A DNA stretch of 26,588 bases from the IMG/VR virus record IMGVR_UViG_3300036975_000049, positions 1 through 26,588 of that record; one strand, written 5' to 3'. The notes beneath the pieces were generated by a model, which saw only the letters and a list, made by a program, of their open reading frames with translations, was not told where the DNA came from and did not search any database. This DNA is from a virus (lineage: Duplodnaviria > Caudoviricetes). A program made the position numbers and the translations under genes. Positions 16,528-25,334 of this stretch are shown here, piece after piece (within the stretch, counting starts at the first letter, position 1; every line of letters starts with the position of its first letter).

Positions 16528-17917
16528 TATTCTGATTTTGTTCTTCCTCTATTATTTGACGTTCTTCCTGACTTATTGGTTCTTCCTCTGGCATAGCCTC
16601 GATTAATTCCTGTACTTGTGAAACCTGATCATCGTTGAAACCAAGAAAATATTTCATAAAACCTTCTTCAGGCATAAATGATGATACAGAAGAGTAATTT
16701 TTAAGTGCTTCAGACCTAACTTTCCCAACATCAACTTTTTCTTTTTCCGATTGCGCAAATAAATCCTCCCATTCTATTGTATAGGTTCCTGTTGACGGTT
16801 TTGTCAAAACCCCTAATTCTATGCATCGGTCGATGAATGGTTTTATAATAGATGGTTCAGCAAACTCCTCCCTACGCCCCTTGATAAACGATAACCATTC
16901 GTCAGTATCCTGAGAAGAAGCCAATTCCCCACGTTCACTACCTGTTAATATACGTTTCGGAATATTTGTCACCATAGAAATCATCTGGATTATTACATCT
17001 ATATGTCCTTTTGGGTCAGCTACTTGCATTGCCATCGAATCTATAGACATCCCTTTTGTTATCAATATACGGCGCAGGTTGTGTTCGTATTCATTAATCT
17101 GTTGCCTCAATTCTTCTTCCCCTTGCTCTGTTAATTCGAAATCCGGGTCCATTTTTGAATTATATCCCGGACGGGCGCCCTTCCAAAACATTTCAGCAGC
17201 ACCCCCAACTACTTTTTCAGCATCTTTTAACCGGTTAAAAATTACCTGCAATCGCGGAGTGCCTTCGATCTCATTTTCCAACGGTGAATCTACTACATGA
17301 ATTACCCGTGTATGATGAACAGTGAGGATTGAATTAGACCCGTTCGGGGTTGTGATTGTGACCTGGTAAGTTAACGGCTTGCCATATCTCGGACTATCCG
17401 GTTTATCTTCCCATGTATGTATTTTTGCTGATTGTGAAGTAAAAGGCATTACGTATAATAATTTTCTATTACCAGTGACAGGCAATCTATAATCCTCCCT
17501 TTTCTTCACATCGTCCAAGCCTAGTAATAGGATACCATATACGCCTATCCCTGTCAAGCGGTCAAGGCGTGAAAATTTAGATTTTAGCTTCAACTCATCA
17601 TCAAGTTTTTGCCAGTCTTTTTCAAATTTTGTTTCAAGATCATCTTCCGCCTCCACAATCTTCAGTTTTCCTCTCCATGTAACTTGTACCGGCCGGTCAA
17701 TAACGGCTTTGGCTATATCCTGTCGTTTATACTGGCTATAATAATCCGTAAAAGTTAAATCTGTCTTATAACCTAATGCTTGGTATAGGTTACGGTCGCC
17801 ATCGTATGAATACCCGGCATTTTGCGCAAGTGCCAATCGATTATACAATTCACTATATGCCCGTAATTTTGTTTCAAGTGCTTGTATTGTATTTGAATTT
17901 GATTTCGTCCGCTCCAT
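16520..17917 (-). CDS. Portal protein (DUF1073-type), 465 aa
   Basis: DIAKAVIDRP, SPRYGKP, VHHTRVIH and IPKRILTGSERGELASSQD. Position before gp7. Confidence 0.88.
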   Translation of the reverse strand: MERTKSNSNTIQALETKLRAYSELYNRLALAQNAGYSYDGDRNLYQALGYKTDLTFTDYYSQYKRQDIAKAVIDRPVQVTWRGKLKIVEAEDDLETKFEKDWQKLDDELKLKSKFSRLDRLTGIGVYGILLLGLDDVKKREDYRLPVTGNRKLLYVMPFTSQSAKIHTWEDKPDSPRYGKPLTYQVTITTPNGSNSILTVHHTRVIHVVDSPLENEIEGTPRLQVIFNRLKDAEKVVGGAAEMFWKGARPGYNSKMDPDFELTEQGEEELRQQINEYEHNLRRILITKGMSIDSMAMQVADPKGHIDVIIQMISMVTNIPKRILTGSERGELASSQDTDEWLSFIKGRREEFAEPSIIKPFIDRCIELGVLTKPSTGTYTIEWEDLFAQSEKEKVDVGKVRSEALKNYSSVSSFMPEEGFMKYFLGFNDDQVSQVQELIEAMPEEEPISQEERQIIEEEQNQNNE

Positions 17918-17920
17918 AAC

Positions 17921-18136
17921 TTACCTGCCTTTATTTTTAGAGAAATATCCTTTCTTAATATGATGCCCAAGCGATCCGGTGCCAAAAGTAATGGCAATCC
18001 CTATTAAGAAATTCAACCCTTTAGAATCAGGCAATAAATCATACTTAACAGCTTGCTGTAATAAAGTCGCCGTTGACATGCATATAATTGTTTTGTTTCC
18101 ATCTGCCCAGTCCCATATATTTTTTAGTATTTTCAT
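17921..18136 (-). CDS. Holin-like small two-TM protein, 71 aa
   Basis: Two hydrophobic segments and a basic C-terminus. Adjacent to the endolysin gene. Confidence 0.55.
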   Translation of the reverse strand: MKILKNIWDWADGNKTIICMSTATLLQQAVKYDLLPDSKGLNFLIGIAITFGTGSLGHHIKKGYFSKNKGR

Positions 18137-18139
18137 AAT

Positions 18140-18613
18140 CTAATCAATTATATTATAAAAAACAGTCTCATTATTTTCTAACAAAGGATAAACCTCCTTA
18201 TAAAACCTTTTTGTTGCCTTTATGCTTTCCCTGATTTCAAAATCTTTATTGTAGATTATAGGGTAGGTTCCCGGTATCTGGCAACCTCCGGTGTGATCGT
18301 CGCGATTTCCAGCGTGAAAATAAATACCAGAGAAATTCGGTACGTCCAAAACCTCGATATGATAACGAAACCAGCCTTTGTATAGCTTGCTGTTTTGGTG
18401 CTTTAAAGTCAACGGAGTATCTTGCTCACGTATCCTAAGTTCGTATATTCCGGCGGGTATACGGGTTTCGCCCATCACTTTTGCATCCGCGTGCCGGTAT
18501 TCATCTTCAAGCAAAAAACAAAACGGCCCTTTATTCCAGCTTAAGGAAATTACCCCGATAGTTGTTTCGTTGGTCTGAAACCCTCGTTTGTTAGTGATAA
18601 TCAATGGTTTCAT
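18140..18613 (-). CDS. DUF5675-family L,D-peptidase-like putative endolysin, 157 aa
   Basis: TTIG, FCFLLED, GETRIPAGIY and VPNFSGIYFHAGN...TGGC (His/Cys pair of the L,D-transpeptidase type). Confidence 0.8.
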   Translation of the reverse strand: MKPLIITNKRGFQTNETTIGVISLSWNKGPFCFLLEDEYRHADAKVMGETRIPAGIYELRIREQDTPLTLKHQNSKLYKGWFRYHIEVLDVPNFSGIYFHAGNRDDHTGGCQIPGTYPIIYNKDFEIRESIKATKRFYKEVYPLLENNETVFYNIID

Positions 18614-18892
18614 TTAGTTTTTATTTAAATATTGCAATACCACTTTTTGTAAATCCTCAATACGTTCACCGACGCGCTCTACAGTACGGTTTTCTGAATC
18701 TTTAATCTCTTGCTTTAAGCTTGCATCTCTACAATCTATATCAGCACGTAACTTATCTACTTCAACCTGATCAGCTTTAGATTCCATTTGTTTATCTATT
18801 TTTTCTTGTAAATCCGTTACAGGTTTACGTAACCTCCAGAAAAAGAAAACAATTGTTAAAAAAGCAATAACCCATTCGATATAATCACTCAT
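18614..18892 (-). CDS. N-terminal TM plus coiled-coil protein (holin/spanin-like lysis accessory), 92 aa
   Basis: Start revised to the ATGA overlap at 18892 (MSDYIEWVIAFLTIVFFFWRLRK), followed by a charged coiled coil. Confidence 0.55.
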   Translation of the reverse strand: MSDYIEWVIAFLTIVFFFWRLRKPVTDLQEKIDKQMESKADQVEVDKLRADIDCRDASLKQEIKDSENRTVERVGERIEDLQKVVLQYLNKN

Positions 18893-19248
18893 ATCTTTAA
18901 AACCCGTTTGTGCCGATAAAGCTGATAAATCCAACATATCCAGAAAATTATAGTAACTATTAATATTGAGAATGATAGCTTAATGTATACTAATCTCAGT
19001 AGATACATGAGCGATAAAAAACTAAAATACCCGATCACAAGATCGAAGTATACCCTCAATGAACGGCTTACATTACGCGAAAAGATAAAAAGCAAAATAA
19101 CCCCGGCACAATGGGTATAGAAATATGCTTTATCCAAAATCAAATCAGGCATATGAAAAACTGTTTTTCCGAATAGGAATAAATGAGCATTGATCACAAG
19201 TAACATCAATGCCATTATCCCTATTATATCTTTTGTCTTTATTTTCAT
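18889..19248 (-). CDS. Four-TM membrane protein, 119 aa
   Basis: Four hydrophobic stretches. Coupled to the downstream gene. Confidence 0.65.
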   Translation of the reverse strand: MKIKTKDIIGIMALMLLVINAHLFLFGKTVFHMPDLILDKAYFYTHCAGVILLFIFSRNVSRSLRVYFDLVIGYFSFLSLMYLLRLVYIKLSFSILIVTIIFWICWIYQLYRHKRVLKI

Positions 19249-19261
19249 ACAAAAGTTTTTC

Positions 19262-19360
19262 CTATGGAACCCCGGGAGGGTCTACGTGGGTTGTATCACT
19301 ATCCTCATCATCATCGTCCGGTTCCGGTACTCTTTGATAGAATTTAATTTTTTTCATCAT
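19262..19360 (-). CDS. Small acidic/Pro-rich peptide, 32 aa (not in the ORF track)
   Basis: MMKKIKFYQRVPEPDDDDEDSDTTHVDPPGVP*. Fills the 19249-19343 gap and overlaps the upstream stop. Confidence 0.5.
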   Translation of the reverse strand: MMKKIKFYQRVPEPDDDDEDSDTTHVDPPGVP

Positions 19361-19778
19361 TAATAGTTTTACTTGGTTTATTTTTATTAAATAATCTAAA
19401 GAAATTAAGAAATACAATCATTCCTATGATCTTAAAAGCCCATAGCGCCATTGTCGGCCAGGTCTTTTGCCAGCTATCAAACCAGCCATTGCCTAAATAA
19501 AAAGGTGGTTTACCAAGGAGTAAAGCTGTTGCGGGGTCTTTTACGAAAGAATAGAGAAATGCTGCAAATGGTACGTAAGCCAAAAACATTAGCCAGCTAT
19601 CGTGTGCTGTGAGGGATCGGTAGATTAACAGGGCAGAGATCACGAAGTATATGGGTGCTAAATGCAATATCTTTCGTGTGCCTTTCAGGTTTCCGCGGTT
19701 TTTTATCGTCGTAGCGTCCCACCATGCTGATAGGACAGTAATGGCGGTTATCGATAGTATGAGGATGGGTAGTGTCAT
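19344..19778 (-). CDS. Multi-pass membrane protein, 144 aa
   Basis: About four hydrophobic segments and a PFYLGNGWFD loop. ATGA-coupled to the upstream gene. Confidence 0.7.
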   Translation of the reverse strand: MTLPILILSITAITVLSAWWDATTIKNRGNLKGTRKILHLAPIYFVISALLIYRSLTAHDSWLMFLAYVPFAAFLYSFVKDPATALLLGKPPFYLGNGWFDSWQKTWPTMALWAFKIIGMIVFLNFFRLFNKNKPSKTINDEKN

Positions 19779-19978
19779 TCTTCTTCTTTTGTTGCTAGTA
19801 ATTCTGGTTTTTCAATTATTGAATAATCAACGCTATCGCTAGGCTGACTATAGTTTGTCGCTTCTTCGCATTCTTCACCAGTAACTATATAAGGAGCCCA
19901 AATTTCAGTACTGTCTGTTATCTGCCCCAAGCAATTAAGGGTAAAAAATAATGGTAATATGTAGATTAGTTTTTCCAT
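19775..19978 (-). CDS. Small secreted protein, 67 aa
   Basis: Signal peptide MEKLIYILPLFFTLNCLG|Q followed by an acidic mature part. Confidence 0.55.
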   Translation of the reverse strand: MEKLIYILPLFFTLNCLGQITDSTEIWAPYIVTGEECEEATNYSQPSDSVDYSIIEKPELLATKEEE

Positions 19979-19982
19979 TTTC

Positions 19983-21653
19983 TTATTCTAAAACCATCCA
20001 AAATATTTTCTCATCACCGACGGCAGAATCATGATTTATCGTTAATGTACTCGCGCCAGTAAATGAGGTATTTCTAACATTTATATCTGATCCATAAACT
20101 TGTATAGCAAATACACTTGAATTGTCGCCATATCTCGGAAATGTTACTGTTGTGCTAGTTGAAGCTGCTGACGGAGTTACAGTTCCATGAGGAGTTAATT
20201 TTGTATTATTGCTCTCATATATCCTTTTCCCGCTACCCGTTGCTGACCCTAATGATATATTATTATTTTTTAAAATTAATGATGTATTATTCGTCAACCT
20301 CATTAAATATGAGGCAAAAGCGTGATTAACAAATACCGTGTTATTCGTAATAATGCAATAATCTACAGCATCAATTCTTGTCCCTGAGTTATTTGCAGAA
20401 TTGTTTGTGTAATTAAAATTTATAATTAAATTTTCTGATATAAATAATGAGTCAGTGCCTGTTGAATAGATACCACTGCCAATTGTTTCACTAATTATAT
20501 TTTTAAAAATATTTATCTTATTACATCGCCTTCCGCTGTAATTTATAATCTCTATTCCGTTTGACGAAGTAGTGTCAATAAGGTTATTTAATATTAATAA
20601 ATCAGAGCATCCTCCTATAATTATACCCCTGCCCTTCCCTCTAATCGTATTGCCAACTATAAGTGAATTATCTGTATGATATACTGATATTTGTGCTGAA
20701 TCTAATTTATTGTTATTTATGTTCAAATTTGAAATTGGATTTTCAACTCCTGATAAAAGTATATTATCCCCACACGTATTATTTGATATAATACCATTTT
20801 CAACAAACGGGTGACTGCCACCAGCGTCAACATAAATATAAATTGATATATTTGATGAATCAATATTATTGCCGGATACATTAAAGTCAGATGTATTCCA
20901 TACATATATTCCGCAATTAGATACATTCATTATATAATTATTTCTTACTACAATATTATCGCAATTAAGAACCTCTATTCCCATAGTTTCATTTTCGTAA
21001 CCTTCGCCAGCAATGGTATCTAAATAATCACCCCCTCTTACGTAATTATTTTCGCAAACAACATTGTTGCAATTTGCTATCCAAATACCATAGGTATGAG
21101 CGGAAAAATTAACTATTCTACAGTTTCTTATATTTCCATTATTTCCCTCATATACTAATGGATTTGACGTTCCTGAACCAGGTAAATTACTTACATGATC
21201 ATCATCAATTGTAATTCCGTTAACAATACCAAGATCACCTTTAACGTTAAGAACGTAACTGCTCGTGAAATCACTATCCTTCTTTAAGCATCCATTTCCT
21301 ATAAATCCATTTCCGGTATAATTTAACGTAATAGTGGATGATATTAAAAAAGTATCACTGGGTATGTACAAGGGAACTCCCAACGATTCAGCATATATTA
21401 TTGCATCTGCAATTTTAGAGTTATTCCACGATCCAGAACTATCTTTATCACATCCGAAATATGATATATTAACACTTTTTATACCATAATGAATAGTATC
21501 TATATTTGAACTATTCTCGTTTGTGGCTATTATACTCTGGTTCCAAATAGTAATAGCTGTTGTTTTTGGTGTAACTCCAGGATTTAATGTATCTATCTGA
21601 GCAAACAGCCCACCCATAATAAATAATCCTATTATAATAAGTAAATGTTTCAT
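19983..21653 (-). CDS. Secreted right-handed parallel beta-helix (pectate lyase-like) protein, 556 aa
   Basis: Signal peptide MKHLLIIIGLFIMGGLFA|Q, a VNISYFG...LYIP N-cap, and many Asn/Ile-rich repeats (e.g. CNNVVCENNYV, CDNIVVRNNYI). Confidence 0.85.
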   Translation of the reverse strand: MKHLLIIIGLFIMGGLFAQIDTLNPGVTPKTTAITIWNQSIIATNENSSNIDTIHYGIKSVNISYFGCDKDSSGSWNNSKIADAIIYAESLGVPLYIPSDTFLISSTITLNYTGNGFIGNGCLKKDSDFTSSYVLNVKGDLGIVNGITIDDDHVSNLPGSGTSNPLVYEGNNGNIRNCRIVNFSAHTYGIWIANCNNVVCENNYVRGGDYLDTIAGEGYENETMGIEVLNCDNIVVRNNYIMNVSNCGIYVWNTSDFNVSGNNIDSSNISIYIYVDAGGSHPFVENGIISNNTCGDNILLSGVENPISNLNINNNKLDSAQISVYHTDNSLIVGNTIRGKGRGIIIGGCSDLLILNNLIDTTSSNGIEIINYSGRRCNKINIFKNIISETIGSGIYSTGTDSLFISENLIINFNYTNNSANNSGTRIDAVDYCIITNNTVFVNHAFASYLMRLTNNTSLILKNNNISLGSATGSGKRIYESNNTKLTPHGTVTPSAASTSTTVTFPRYGDNSSVFAIQVYGSDINVRNTSFTGASTLTINHDSAVGDEKIFWMVLE

Positions 21654-22117
21654 AAGTTTATGGATTCTAAAGTTAAAATTCCTCTGTCATTTAATTTTCC
21701 TTCATCATTAAATAAAAGCCAATCTGAACAAATGGTTAATAAACAATCATAAGTAACCACCTTAAACAATATATTATCTTCGCCTACTTCGGGCGTGTAG
21801 TAGGTAGTCGCTTCGTTTTCTGCGTTAAAAGTCCCTGATAATTGAGTGGTGTCTGACGGGTCGTAGGCGTACCACTGCAAGCTATCGCCTGTTGTATTTG
21901 TTGTCAATAAAATTGAATCCCCTAAGCAAAAAGTTGATGGAAGGGTAATAAAACCCCCGCTCTCATACACCACATCATTCGATATGCGGTAGACGGAGCC
22001 GATAAACGGAGCGGCAATAGTATCCCGACCCCCGTCAGGATAAATCCTGTTGATAGATTGTCCTGATATAATTAATGGAAAAATAAAACTGAATAATAAT
22101 AATTTTATTAGTTTCAT
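21650..22117 (-). CDS. Secreted protein, possibly Ig-like beta domain, 155 aa
   Basis: Signal peptide MKLIKLLLFSFIFPLIISG|Q. FCLGDSILL...SLQWY resembles Ig-like domains of Bacteroidota surface proteins. Confidence 0.65.
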   Translation of the reverse strand: MKLIKLLLFSFIFPLIISGQSINRIYPDGGRDTIAAPFIGSVYRISNDVVYESGGFITLPSTFCLGDSILLTTNTTGDSLQWYAYDPSDTTQLSGTFNAENEATTYYTPEVGEDNILFKVVTYDCLLTICSDWLLFNDEGKLNDRGILTLESINL

Positions 22118-22123
22118 ATAGTA

Positions 22124-22588
22124 TCATTCAAACATTAAAACCCGATAACAAACAGAGTCAGTAGCCACAGTCTGCACCCCGGCAGCTTCTTTAAACAGTC
22201 GCAGCCCAAGATAGCGGAACGGGCAAACATCTCCGTAACCTGTCCTGCCATGATTATATGAGCCGTTTACCAATGTAGAATCTGATCCAAGATCGTAAGG
22301 AAAAATATCAGAAACGAGGGATTTATATTGTCCGACCCTGCTTGCCATTCCAATATCCGCGTCGAGAGAATCGGAAGTTATCGCCTCGTCGTCAATGTCG
22401 ATACTCCAAGGGCCAATAAGCCGGGATTTATCTTCGAGGAATACACGAAAATAAATTGTTGTATCTTGCCCGGATATACCGTTTATGTTAACACAACCAG
22501 CGTATACCCCCCATTGCCCCTTTACCTCGACAGAAATAAGGGATAACGTAATCGATAAAATTAAAAAAATACGTTTCATAAATATCAT
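22124..22588 (-). CDS. Secreted hypothetical protein, 154 aa
   Basis: Signal peptide MKRIFLILSITLSLISVEVKG|Q. Start overlaps the upstream stop. Confidence 0.65.
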   Translation of the reverse strand: MIFMKRIFLILSITLSLISVEVKGQWGVYAGCVNINGISGQDTTIYFRVFLEDKSRLIGPWSIDIDDEAITSDSLDADIGMASRVGQYKSLVSDIFPYDLGSDSTLVNGSYNHGRTGYGDVCPFRYLGLRLFKEAAGVQTVATDSVCYRVLMFE

Positions 22589-23436
22589 TTTTTTATTATT
22601 TCCAAATATGGTTTGCCCGTTACTGTATCAAACCTGGCCTGTACATTATCGGATGAACTATCTGCATAGATTATCATATTATCATATATTGTTGTACCAA
22701 GTAAAGAATCCTTTAAATCATTTAACTTTTTCACTTCTTTTTCCTGCCATGACATAAAATTATCTCGCATCGTGTCGACCTGGTAAAAAGCCGATTGCCG
22801 ATATTCGTCCACCTCTTCAATGGCTGCTCGTTTGAGTGAATCTAATTCATCCCTATCTTGGCAGGTATCCGGGCAATCATTACAAGCATATAAAGACAAA
22901 CCAAAAGAAAAAATCATTACTGCTATACGCATGTTTTTTATCACTTTATTTTCCATAGCTTTTTTTCTTAATCGATGAAATTTTGCTTTAATGGTGCCAA
23001 CAGGTATGTTTTCCATGTCCGATATTTCTTTATATTTCCATCCTTGCAGATATTTTAAAAACAAAACAGCCCACTTAGGGTCTATTCGATATAGTTCGTT
23101 ACAAATAGCCTCCGTATCAACGTCAGTTTGTATCGTATACGTTTTTTTGTAAACCCCGGTTTCTGTTTTTTCTTCACCGTCGGCATTAACCAAGTCTATT
23201 GATTTTGATGATATCTTCCCAAAATTACCTCGGTGCATATCAATAGCTACGCTATGCATTGCCCTGAGAAGATAGCTTACAGCTTTTTTTTCTTCAAGTA
23301 TAACCCCTGTATGTAAAACTTTTACGATTGTCCGCTGAACAATCTCCTGTACTCTATCAGGATCATTCCATGCAAATCTCCTGGCATACCAGTACAATAA
23401 TTCCTTATATTTTTTATAGGCTTCTTCTACAGACAT
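22585..23436 (-). CDS. ECF-type sigma-70 factor with C-terminal TM/lipoprotein-like extension, 283 aa
   Basis: Region 2-like YKELLYWYARRF...VQEIVQ...SYLLRAMHSVAIDMHR and region 4 HTH GWKYKEISDMENIPVGTIKAKFHRLRKK. These are followed by MRIAVMIFSFGLSLYAC and about 98 more residues. Confidence 0.85.
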   Translation of the reverse strand: MSVEEAYKKYKELLYWYARRFAWNDPDRVQEIVQRTIVKVLHTGVILEEKKAVSYLLRAMHSVAIDMHRGNFGKISSKSIDLVNADGEEKTETGVYKKTYTIQTDVDTEAICNELYRIDPKWAVLFLKYLQGWKYKEISDMENIPVGTIKAKFHRLRKKAMENKVIKNMRIAVMIFSFGLSLYACNDCPDTCQDRDELDSLKRAAIEEVDEYRQSAFYQVDTMRDNFMSWQEKEVKKLNDLKDSLLGTTIYDNMIIYADSSSDNVQARFDTVTGKPYLEIIKK

Positions 23437-23734
23437 AATTAAGTTCTCTTAAAAGCTTATCTGAAAGAGTTATTAAATTATCCGACGTGACTTGTAAATC
23501 AAATTTTTCAACGTAGGCAATATAATGACTGAAGGTGTACGAATTAGAAAATCGATATAATAATACCTGTTCCCCGCAAAAATCAACATTGTCTATATAC
23601 TCTACCAATTGCCATTTTGCCTTGATATATTGGGGGCAAATAAATGGGTTGACAGTCTTTGCTTTATCAAAATCCTCATCTATGAGGATGGGTACAGTAA
23701 CATCTCCAACTTGAATTGATAGATTATATTGCAT
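23414..23734 (-). CDS. Hypothetical protein, 106 aa
   Basis: ATG overlaps the terL stop (TAATG). No recognisable motif. Confidence 0.55.
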   Translation of the reverse strand: MQYNLSIQVGDVTVPILIDEDFDKAKTVNPFICPQYIKAKWQLVEYIDNVDFCGEQVLLYRFSNSYTFSHYIAYVEKFDLQVTSDNLITLSDKLLRELNYVCRRSL

Positions 23735-25332
23735 TATAACACCCTTGCCTCCCTTTTTTTAGTTAATATATTGAAAGCCCCGCTTCCGGCATCTACCTGA
23801 TCCTTATATGTAGAAAATGGAAACAGGCGATATTCATCAATCAACGACTGGTTCCATTCCCCAGATAATAATAGAACATTTCCATTATTGACCTGTACGC
23901 TAAATGTATCTGCCCGTTGTACCTTAGAACCTTTGCCGGAGGGGTTATCGCCCTCGCAGAAGAAACCGGCCAGGTTACGTATTGTCGATCTGATACTGTC
24001 TTTACCTCCGGAACCGCCCTCCTGCTCTACATATACTTTTACATTTTTCCCGTCTGCTTCAGCTACTGATCGTATTTTTGCTTCTCTTACATCTGTGTCC
24101 CACCGGCCACGTACAACATCCATAATAATCCATTTTCCGTAGTCTGTTTTGGCCATTTTTAAACCAACGGTATAAGCCGCTTTTTGACCGGTTTTTATTT
24201 CATTCTCATCCGTTGCGGCCTTATCCCAATACCGGACAATTTGCTTAATAGATACATCAGGGGGCATTTTTTGTATATTGACGAACCGGTCAACTTTAAA
24301 CATACCACCACCGGGAGGGGTAGGTCGTTGCCCCACCTGTCCGGCGAAGCCATATTGCCCTAAATCGGCCTCCATTTCTTCTAATACATACCAGGGCATT
24401 CTATTTGGATCGAGCAATCCGTCGATGTAATTTGATTTTAAACTTTGGGGTTTTAATTCTTTTTCATAATTCCTTATCTCGCCCGGTAGGCATATGTGCC
24501 GTACATTACTCTTTTTCTTAGACAGCAGGTATCCCGTAGGATCATTCTCAGACAATCGCTGCATAATCATGACCATGACAGATACCTTTTTGTCGGTTTT
24601 ACGGGTTGACAGGGTATGATCAATATATTTATTTGCCGTGTTTATACTCGCTGCTGATAATGCCCCCTTTGGGTCGATCAAATCATCAGGGATAATGATA
24701 TGTGCATGGAAACCTGTAATCTTGGATTCGACGGATGAACTTACCCTGCCACCACCTCTTATCTCCCTTGGTGCGCGGCCTTTGTGGACATATTCTTTTT
24801 TAACAACCCGAAAATTTGACTTTTGCTCTTTGCCTTGTTTTATGCCTATTTCGGGGAATATTTTTTGAAATTTTTCACTTGTGATAATGTCCCTGGAATA
24901 TTCAGCACTCTCTAAACTTAAATCCTTATTGTGACTTGTTGTGATAAATCTCATCCAGTACCAATTGACCCAGCACCACACTGGGAAAAAAATTGATACA
25001 AGGGCAGTTTTCGTGGTACCGGGAGGGACGTTAATAATCAAATCGTGTTTCTTTGGCTCATTATTACCAACACGTCGGGCTACTTTTTCAAGTTCTTCTG
25101 ATAATACTTTTATATGCCAGTTAGGGATAAAGGTGTCGTCAGAATAAGTATCCCAAAAAAAAACGATAAATCGGAATAGTGATTCCTTGGTGAGTTTACG
25201 GATCATTTGAACAGGATCATCGATGGCTTTTTGCAACAATACTTTTTTTGTTTGTTTTATTGATTTTGTACGGTGCAATGGCCGTATAATTTCTGGTTTA
25301 GTCTGTATATCCTGTAAATTATCGCTGTTCAT
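23734..25332 (-). CDS. terL: Terminase large subunit, 532 aa
   Basis: Walker A-like LIINVPPGTTKT, Walker B-like IIIPDD, MQRL coupling motif, and nuclease motifs RYWDKAAT and KDQVDA. Confidence 0.95.
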   Translation of the reverse strand: MNSDNLQDIQTKPEIIRPLHRTKSIKQTKKVLLQKAIDDPVQMIRKLTKESLFRFIVFFWDTYSDDTFIPNWHIKVLSEELEKVARRVGNNEPKKHDLIINVPPGTTKTALVSIFFPVWCWVNWYWMRFITTSHNKDLSLESAEYSRDIITSEKFQKIFPEIGIKQGKEQKSNFRVVKKEYVHKGRAPREIRGGGRVSSSVESKITGFHAHIIIPDDLIDPKGALSAASINTANKYIDHTLSTRKTDKKVSVMVMIMQRLSENDPTGYLLSKKKSNVRHICLPGEIRNYEKELKPQSLKSNYIDGLLDPNRMPWYVLEEMEADLGQYGFAGQVGQRPTPPGGGMFKVDRFVNIQKMPPDVSIKQIVRYWDKAATDENEIKTGQKAAYTVGLKMAKTDYGKWIIMDVVRGRWDTDVREAKIRSVAEADGKNVKVYVEQEGGSGGKDSIRSTIRNLAGFFCEGDNPSGKGSKVQRADTFSVQVNNGNVLLLSGEWNQSLIDEYRLFPFSTYKDQVDAGSGAFNILTKKREARVL

Positions 25333-25334
25333 AC

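Noticed and set aside
16520-17917. Possible anti-CBASS Acb1 label for the DUF1073-type protein
   Set aside because: No C-terminal 2H phosphoesterase (paired HxT) domain is visible. Size and synteny indicate a plain portal.
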